NCBI GenBank assembly: GCA_005791255.1
Contig: SXXK01000385.1
Coordinates: 1 to 60,256 of the forward strand
Source: Planctomyces sp.
Lineage (GTDB): Bacteria; Planctomycetota; Planctomycetia; Planctomycetales; Planctomycetaceae
Length of the DNA stretch: 60,256 nt
Reading direction: 5' to 3'
In this document: in pieces, positions 54,860 through 60,256 of the stretch
Position numbering within the stretch: position 1 is the stretch's first letter
Layout: the number at the start of each line of letters is the position of its first letter
The notes under the pieces: generated by a model
What the model was told of the DNA's origin: nothing
Databases searched by the model: none
What the model saw: only the letters and a program-made list of their open reading frames with translations
Made by a program: the position numbers and the translations under genes

Positions 54860-54953
54860 GGTGCCATGTGGCGGTGTCTCGGTGATCTCGTGCTAAAGCC
54901 CGAGCTGCATTGGCATGTGACTTATTCATGTCCAGCCGCCGATCTCATTCGTG
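54849..54953 (+). repeat. 105-bp direct repeat, copy A
   Basis: Identical to 55023-55127 except for one mismatch (gtgac versus gcgac). Offset 174 bp. Confidence 0.9.
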
Positions 54954-54994
54954 TTCATTCGTGGTTCCGAACACGGAAATCCAGGTGCCCTTCA

Positions 54995-55035
54995 CCCCTC
55001 ACCCCCGGCCCCTATCCCCTTCCAGGGGCGAGGGG
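54995..55035. repeat. GC-rich imperfect palindromic element (CCCCTCACCCCCGGCCCCTATCCCC..GGGGCGAGGGG)
   Basis: Near-identical to the element at 59983-60026. Confidence 0.7.
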
Positions 55036-55127
55036 TGCCATGTGGCGGTGTCTCGGTGATCTCGTGCTAAAGCCCGAGCTGCATTGGCATGCGACTTATT
55101 CATGTCCAGCCGCCGATCTCATTCGTG
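55023..55127 (+). repeat. 105-bp direct repeat, copy B
   Basis: See copy A. Confidence 0.9.
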
Positions 55128-55194
55128 CCCATTCGTGTTCATTCGTGGTTCAAACACCGCCTCCATTCGTGGTTCAATACCGCCTCCATCCGTG
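55121..55194 (+). repeat. Array of five ATYCGTG heptamers
   Basis: ATTCGTG at 55121, 55131, 55141 and 55165. ATCCGTG at 55188. Two more copies at 54947 and 54957. The array abuts the mgsA stop codon. Confidence 0.8.
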
Positions 55195-55210
55195 GCGGAA
55201 CGCCCCCCCC

Positions 55211-55579
55211 TCATTCCTGGTTCTCCAGCCACCGGATCACCGCAGCCGCGGTTGCCGGGTTCGTGGCCAGTGGCACATTGTGCACATCACAGACTCGCAT
55301 CAGGGCCGAGACATCGGGCTCGTGAGGCTGAGCGGTCAATGGATCACGGAAAAACAAAACCGCCGTCATCCGACCCTCCGCAACTCGACCTCCGATGATC
55401 AGGTCACCACCGCTGGGACCATGCGCGACTCGCTCCACCCGCAGACCTAGTTGCTCCTGCAGCATACGCCCCGTGTTGCCGGTGGCCACCAGAGTCTGCT
55501 CGCGGAAAAATGACAGTCGCTCGGACACAAACTGGTGCATCGTGGTCTTCAAAGCATCGTGGGCGATCAGAGCAATCAT
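55211..55579 (-). CDS. mgsA: Methylglyoxal synthase
   Basis: IALIAHD, ATGNTG, GPSGGD and PHEPDVSALMRVCDVHNVPLATN align with E. coli and B. subtilis MgsA. Confidence 0.9.
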   Translation of the reverse strand: MIALIAHDALKTTMHQFVSERLSFFREQTLVATGNTGRMLQEQLGLRVERVAHGPSGGDLIIGGRVAEGRMTAVLFFRDPLTAQPHEPDVSALMRVCDVHNVPLATNPATAAAVIRWLENQE

Positions 55580-55987
55580 GGGAGACTTTCATCGCAGAAG
55601 TGCAGGCAAAATTTCGATCCCGATGCTCTGTATCATAGGAAATTCGAACAGGACCGTAACTGGCCATGCCGGAACTCCTCGCGTGTCCAGGGGCAAAATC
55701 TGCCAACAGGCTCCACGTGACAACCAGTCAGCCGATGACAGGATCGTCTGAGGCAGTGGCCTCCCCTTGGGGTAGTAATTTACCACATAGGGGCATGCTC
55801 CGCCGCCAGGTGGTCCCGCAGAAACGTTCAAGTGCAACCGATACAACCAACACGGAGTGCCGTTGAAATTCGTTTTCCTCAGTTCCATTGGCCTTCCAGC
55901 AGTTGTCGGCCGATGTAAAACGTAAACGCCGCCTGACGTACACCTGTGTGTCGCACATCTGCTTGTCGTACCTCACTCGTCAGTTCC

Positions 55988-56455
55988 ATGCTGCTGCCCT
56001 CTAACAATCTGAATGCATTCAGTGCCGGGGCGGTCGTCGCTGTGCTGCTGGCCTGCGCCGGGTGTGTTTCAAACACCACGCTCACGTCACCCGTCGAAGG
56101 CCTGGTAACCGTCAACGGCGAACCCGCCGCCGGTGTCAGCATCGTTTTTCATGCACAGCAGGAACAGCCGGAAATCTATTCGCGGCCCAGTGCGAAAAGT
56201 GGATCTGATGGTCGCTTTCGTTTGACTTCAGTTTCCTCGGGTGATGGTGCAATGCCCGGACGGTATCTCATCACGCTGACTTGCCGAGTACCACCAGCCG
56301 AATCTGCGGGGGGTCTGCTGGGTGGTGGTGTCCCCGATTCCGTTCCTGCTGATCAGTTCCAGGGTCGCTACGCAAATCCTCAGACCTCAGGGTTCAGTTT
56401 TGAAGTCCGTGACACCCACAACGTCGTACCGCCGATCGATCTGAAACTGCCGTAA
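55988..56455 (+). CDS. Small lipoprotein with carboxypeptidase-regulatory-like beta domain
   Basis: The ATG at 55988 gives MLLPSNNLNAFSAGAVVAVLLACAGC, which contains a lipobox. GLVTVNGEPAAGVSIVF follows. Confidence 0.7.
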   Translation: MLLPSNNLNAFSAGAVVAVLLACAGCVSNTTLTSPVEGLVTVNGEPAAGVSIVFHAQQEQPEIYSRPSAKSGSDGRFRLTSVSSGDGAMPGRYLITLTCRVPPAESAGGLLGGGVPDSVPADQFQGRYANPQTSGFSFEVRDTHNVVPPIDLKLP

Positions 56456-56473
56456 CAGTCTGCCATCAATCCC

Positions 56474-57418
56474 ATGCCTGCCAACCTGAACAAACGCAAT
56501 CACCGGGGTTTCACCCTGATTGAACTGCTGGTCGTCATTGCGATCACAGCAGTTCTTGTGGCTCTGCTGGCACCCGCCGTTCAGCAGGCTCGTGAGGCTG
56601 CGCGTCGCACACAGTGCCGCAACAATCTGAAGCAGATCGGTCTGGCCCTGCACAATTATCACGACACCCAGTCCTGCTTCCCGCCCTGCGGCATCTTCCT
56701 GGCCACTACTCCGGATCAGGCATGGCACTCGCTGTTCACCGTCATTCTGCCGCATCTGGATCAGCAGACTCTGTACAGCCAGTTCCGCATTGATCTGCAG
56801 ATTGGGTTCAATCTGCCGGCCCCTGTGTCGCCGTTGAACATTCGTGCGGCCACCTTCGAAGTGCCTGTGTATCTCTGTCCGTCCGCTGTCGGCGGGCGTG
56901 CTGACTATGGTGCGGCCGGACTGCTGCCAGTTCCTGCAGGTCTGCTGGTCCTCGGTCGCACAGACTACTCTGCCGTGAACGGCATTGACCCCGGCTTCGC
57001 AGATCTCGTCGGACCGGGAAAGCCCAGTGGTCGAACCGGCCTGCTGCAGTTCAACGCGGCACGCCGCATTCGTGACTGTTCCGATGGCACGTCCTCAACC
57101 GCCGTCATCTGGGAAGATGCCGCCCGACCACAGCGCTGGGAACTGGGCCGCCGAATCCCGGCACAATTCAGCAGCGGTGCCGCATGGGCCGACATGCAAA
57201 GCACATTCTTCATCAATGGCTCAGATGTCGACGGCAGTGGCGGACGCTGCGTGATCAACTGTTCCAACGACAATGCCGTGTACTCGTTCCATACCGGCGG
57301 AGCTCAGTTGCTGCTGGCAGACGGCTCAGTACAGTTCGTCTCCGACCGCATCAGTCACTGCATTACTGCTGCACTGGTCAGCTGTGCCGGCGGTGAACCA
57401 TTCAGTTCGCCCTTCTGA
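56474..57418 (+). CDS. DUF1559 domain protein with prepilin-type N-terminal methylation motif
   Basis: [26 protein letters not shown] and the C-terminal H-X9-DG motif ([12 protein letters not shown]). Confidence 0.9.
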   Translation: MPANLNKRNHRGFTLIELLVVIAITAVLVALLAPAVQQAREAARRTQCRNNLKQIGLALHNYHDTQSCFPPCGIFLATTPDQAWHSLFTVILPHLDQQTLYSQFRIDLQIGFNLPAPVSPLNIRAATFEVPVYLCPSAVGGRADYGAAGLLPVPAGLLVLGRTDYSAVNGIDPGFADLVGPGKPSGRTGLLQFNAARRIRDCSDGTSSTAVIWEDAARPQRWELGRRIPAQFSSGAAWADMQSTFFINGSDVDGSGGRCVINCSNDNAVYSFHTGGAQLLLADGSVQFVSDRISHCITAALVSCAGGEPFSSPF

Positions 57419-57422
57419 TCAG

Positions 57423-59744
57423 TTATTCGTAAACCAGGAACTGCTGCCGACGTTCCACAAACTTTGCCAGGTCGTCGGCCCACAATCGCTGAATCTCAGC
57501 GCGGTCGCGACCCGCCAGTACCGCATCCCGCACCCGCACACTGCTCAACAGCCGATTCAGATTCTTTGTCTGCCACTCCGCCGGATACAACGCCTGCAGA
57601 CTGCACATCAACTGGATGCCGATCGCCAAAGGATCCACGGTCTGCCGATCCGTAATAATCAACTGCACCCCACCACACACCTCGTTCGGGTATTTGGCGG
57701 ACAGCGGAGTAAATCGGACGGGCACAAATCGAATTCCCGATAACCCCGCCCCGTTCAGATGCTCCGCCAGCACACGTTCCTTAATCCACGGAGCCCCCAC
57801 GATTTCAAAAGGCGTATCCGTGCCGCGGCCTACCGACACATTCGTCATCTCCACCAGCCCCACCCCGGGATACAACAGCGCCTGATTCAGTGTTCTCATG
57901 TTGGGAGACGGATTTGTCCACGTCAGCCCCGTCTCGTCATACATCTGCTCACGCCGCCAGCCCTCCACACGAATCACCTGCAGATCCACCCCAATGTTCT
58001 TTTCAGCGCGAAACATGCGAGCCAGTTCACCAGCAGTCATTCCATGTCGCACCGGGATTGTGTGATAACCCACAAATGACTGTTCACCGTCATCCAGGAT
58101 CGGCCCGTCCACCGCCATGCCACCCACCGGATTTACTCGATCCAGCACCACAAACCGCAACCCGTGATCGGCTGCCGCCTGCATCGCATTTCCCATCGTC
58201 GACAGATACGTGTAAAACCGACAGCCTATGTCCTGAATGTCGAATACCAGAGTATCCAGGTCCTGCAGACTTTCTTTGGTGGGCGTGCGAGTCTCACCGT
58301 ACAGACTGAAGACCTTCAGACCCGTGGTTGAATCCTGCTGATCACCGATCTTCGGAATATCCAGACGCCCCTCCAAACCATGCTCAGGACTGAATAACGC
58401 CTTCAGCTGCACACCCTTCGCCTCGTGCAGCAGCCGCACCGTGCTGACCCCGTCCCGATTCAGGCCGGTCTGGTTTGTAATCAATCCCACTTTGCGTCCC
58501 TGCAGCGCTGCAAAACTGTCCCGCTGCAGCACATCGATGCCGTTCAGCACTGCCGCCCCCGATGTCACCGGCAGACTGCGTCGCGCACTTGCAGCAATCG
58601 TGCCGATCCGACCAATCAGCGGATTTACCAGCCCCTTGCCATCCGGATGCACCCGATTGCTCAGAAAGATAACAAACACATCGGCCTGCGGATCAATCCA
58701 GATGCCCGTACCCGTGAAACCACCATGTCCGAAGGCCGCTGATGTCATCAGATCGCCGCGATTCGACGAATAGCCAGTGCGAGCATCCCAGCCGAGTGCT
58801 CGACGACCACGAGGCACCTCGACGGCCGTTGTCATCAGCGTCCACGTTTCCGGCTGCAGGACCTGCACAGTTCCCAGTTGCCCGCCATTCAGCATCATCA
58901 CCGCATAACGCGACAAATCGTCAGCCGTCGAAAACAATCCCGCATGACCGGCAATGCCCTGCAGAGCGTAAGCGCGAGGATCATGCACCTCGCCCTGCAT
59001 CCACCGCTCCTCACGCTGCTCCGTCACGGCCGCTCGAGCCCGCAGGTCCGGACCTGGCAGATACCCGGTTTCCGTCATTCCCAGCGGCTGAAAAATCGAC
59101 TCCCGCGAAAACTCATGCACACTCTTACCGCTCACCAGCTGCACAATCCGGCCCAGCACCAAAAATCCCACATCACTGTAGATAAACTGCTCGCCCGGAG
59201 CCCCCACGGGTTTCAAGGCCGCAATCTTCGCCATGGATTCCTCAGGAGTCCCCGCGTAGTCGCTGATCGAATTGTCGGCAATCAGGCCGGCCGTATGAGT
59301 CAGCAGGTGACGGATCAGAATCCGATCCTTGCCCTGCTGAGCAAATTCGGGCCAGTAGGTGGACGCCGGAGCCTCCAGCTGGATTTTACCCTGCTGCACC
59401 AGCAGCATCACACTGGTGGCAGTCGCAATCGGTTTAGTCAGCGACGCCAGATCAAACACCGTGGACAGTTCCATCGGCTGCTGCTGCGGTACCGTCTGGC
59501 GGAACCCCCACGCACCCCGAAACACCACACCCGCGCGACAACCCACCACCACCACACAGCCCGGCATCTTCGACTGCGACAAACCCTCCTGCACAACCTC
59601 CTCAATCACCTGCAGTCTGACTGCATCAAACCCGGCGGACTGCGGGGCAATCACCGGGATGGCCGGCGGGACCTGCACCTGAGCCACAGAGAGCGCGGGC
59701 AGCAGCACAGAGAAACAGAACAGAACCACGGGACAAAGACGCAT
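57423..59744 (-). CDS. Fusion protein: beta-lactamase-fold serine hydrolase (COG1680-like) plus DUF1343 (NamZ-like)
   Basis: The ATG at 59744 gives the signal peptide MRLCPVVLFCFSVLLPALSVAQ. The N-terminal half carries the SxxK motif (ASLTKPIA) and HGGFTGTG. The C-terminal half carries GLITNQTGLNRDG, LFSPEHGLEG and IQDIGCRFYTY. Confidence 0.85.
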   Translation of the reverse strand: MRLCPVVLFCFSVLLPALSVAQVQVPPAIPVIAPQSAGFDAVRLQVIEEVVQEGLSQSKMPGCVVVVGCRAGVVFRGAWGFRQTVPQQQPMELSTVFDLASLTKPIATATSVMLLVQQGKIQLEAPASTYWPEFAQQGKDRILIRHLLTHTAGLIADNSISDYAGTPEESMAKIAALKPVGAPGEQFIYSDVGFLVLGRIVQLVSGKSVHEFSRESIFQPLGMTETGYLPGPDLRARAAVTEQREERWMQGEVHDPRAYALQGIAGHAGLFSTADDLSRYAVMMLNGGQLGTVQVLQPETWTLMTTAVEVPRGRRALGWDARTGYSSNRGDLMTSAAFGHGGFTGTGIWIDPQADVFVIFLSNRVHPDGKGLVNPLIGRIGTIAASARRSLPVTSGAAVLNGIDVLQRDSFAALQGRKVGLITNQTGLNRDGVSTVRLLHEAKGVQLKALFSPEHGLEGRLDIPKIGDQQDSTTGLKVFSLYGETRTPTKESLQDLDTLVFDIQDIGCRFYTYLSTMGNAMQAAADHGLRFVVLDRVNPVGGMAVDGPILDDGEQSFVGYHTIPVRHGMTAGELARMFRAEKNIGVDLQVIRVEGWRREQMYDETGLTWTNPSPNMRTLNQALLYPGVGLVEMTNVSVGRGTDTPFEIVGAPWIKERVLAEHLNGAGLSGIRFVPVRFTPLSAKYPNEVCGGVQLIITDRQTVDPLAIGIQLMCSLQALYPAEWQTKNLNRLLSSVRVRDAVLAGRDRAEIQRLWADDLAKFVERRQQFLVYE

Positions 59745-59862
59745 GACACAACATCCTGCAGGGAACAGCGGACCGAGATCACGGTGACCGGATAGTATCC
59801 CATCCCGCTGCAGCGGACCAGTCGCGGGCTGTCGGAACCAGGGCCGAGCGGTGGTTTTTCGC

Positions 59863-59912
59863 CACGGATGAGGGGTGCTTTTTGCCACGGATGAACACGG
59901 ATTTTCACGGAT
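59863..59912 (-). repeat. Array of four ATCCGTG heptamers (read as CACGGAT on the plus strand)
   Basis: CACGGAT at 59863, 59886, 59896 and 59906. Same motif as the 55121-55194 array but in inverted orientation. Confidence 0.8.
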
Positions 59913-59976
59913 GAAACGCAGGGGGCCGGCGTTCTCTCCTTTCGACTTTCTCTGATCTCCTTTCTATGGCAAGGAT

Positions 59977-60049
59977 GCCATGCCCCCTCACCCCCGACCC
60001 CTCTCCCCCGTTCCGGGGGCGAGGGGAGGAATTTGTGTTCGGGCATGGC
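59977..60049. repeat. Long imperfect palindromic element with GGGGCGAGGGG core
   Basis: Outer arms gccatgccc (59977-59985) and gggcatggc (60041-60049). The inner sequence CCCCCTCACCCCCGACCCCTCTCCCCCGTTCCGGGGGCGAGGGG matches 54995-55035. Confidence 0.75.
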
Positions 60050-60211
60050 ACCCCTGGCAGCGCGCAAAACATCCAGGGATCAGAACGGGCCGAAGTCTGC
60101 AGCTTCCGCGGCGCCGGTGGCCTCGGTTGCACCTGCCCCGGTTTTTCCGGAAACTGTTCCACAGCTCGGATCCGACTCCCGTAATTCACACCTCATTCAA
60201 GAATCCTCGCT

Positions 60212-60256
60212 ATGACACTCCGCCGAAATTTCGCACGGCTCCTGCTGGTCTCCCCC
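60212..60256 (+). CDS. Possible 5' end of a gene running off the window
   Basis: ATG at 60212, translating to MTLRRNFARLLLVSP, which looks like a signal or Tat-type N-terminus. Only 15 codons are visible. Confidence 0.2.
   Translation, partial: MTLRRNFARLLLVSP

Noticed and set aside
54849-55127. Possible CRISPR array, given direct repeats with a spacer
   Set aside because: There are only two copies. The repeat unit is 105 bp and the spacer about 69 bp, far outside CRISPR dimensions. There are no cas genes and no leader. It fits a REP/MITE-like duplication better.
54830-55450. 206-aa plus-strand ORF containing an internally duplicated peptide (GARGAMWRCLGDLVLKPELHWH...)
   Set aside because: The duplication is the 105-bp DNA repeat read through. 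The 3' half is antisense to mgsA. I treat the region as a non-coding repeat, not a protein with repeats.
58878-59795. 305-aa plus-strand ORF
   Set aside because: It is antisense to the beta-lactamase/DUF1343 fusion gene. Its His/Arg/Gln-rich composition is not protein-like.

Overview
GC-rich, gene-dense chromosomal segment. Its gene content points to a Planctomycetota genome: a DUF1559 pseudopilin-like protein, a Tat-signal DUF1501 protein, an ECF sigma factor paired with a TPR Ser/Thr kinase, zinc-ribbon membrane proteins and an EALE.R.LL-type N-terminus. I call about 47 protein genes. Housekeeping genes include panC, lgt, sppA, miaE, miaA, rny and mgsA. There are three ABC transport systems, an orphan cpaF-tadB-tadC core, four ECF sigma factors, one sigma54-activator-like regulator and many hypothetical proteins. 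Many ORF-track entries carry 5' extensions that I trimmed to internal starts supported by signal peptides or family N-termini. Many other long ORFs are antisense shadow ORFs typical of high-GC DNA. One gene (1..1997, minus strand) is missing from the track because it runs off the window. I saw no rRNA, tRNA, CRISPR array, transposase, integrase or phage genes. The best candidates for something undescribed are listed here. (1) A single-gene membrane-anchored Swt1-like HEPN (Rx4H) protein with a C-terminal zinc ribbon, transcribed divergently from (2) an ECF sigma / PspA-IM30-like / GNAT operon that lacks a classical anti-sigma factor. (3) A bEBP-like regulator with degenerate Walker A and Walker B motifs and no GAFTGA loop. 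(4) A 1324-aa orphan protein 70 bp downstream of RNase Y. (5) A secreted single-chain triple RidA-fold protein. (6) An AmiE-like/NamZ-like fusion protein. (7) A TGTTGC-N6-GCAAC palindrome found three times, only in intergenic DNA. (8) A composite GC-palindrome / ATYCGTG-array repeat family at two loci. All functional calls come from my own motif recognition, with no database search, and need confirmation.
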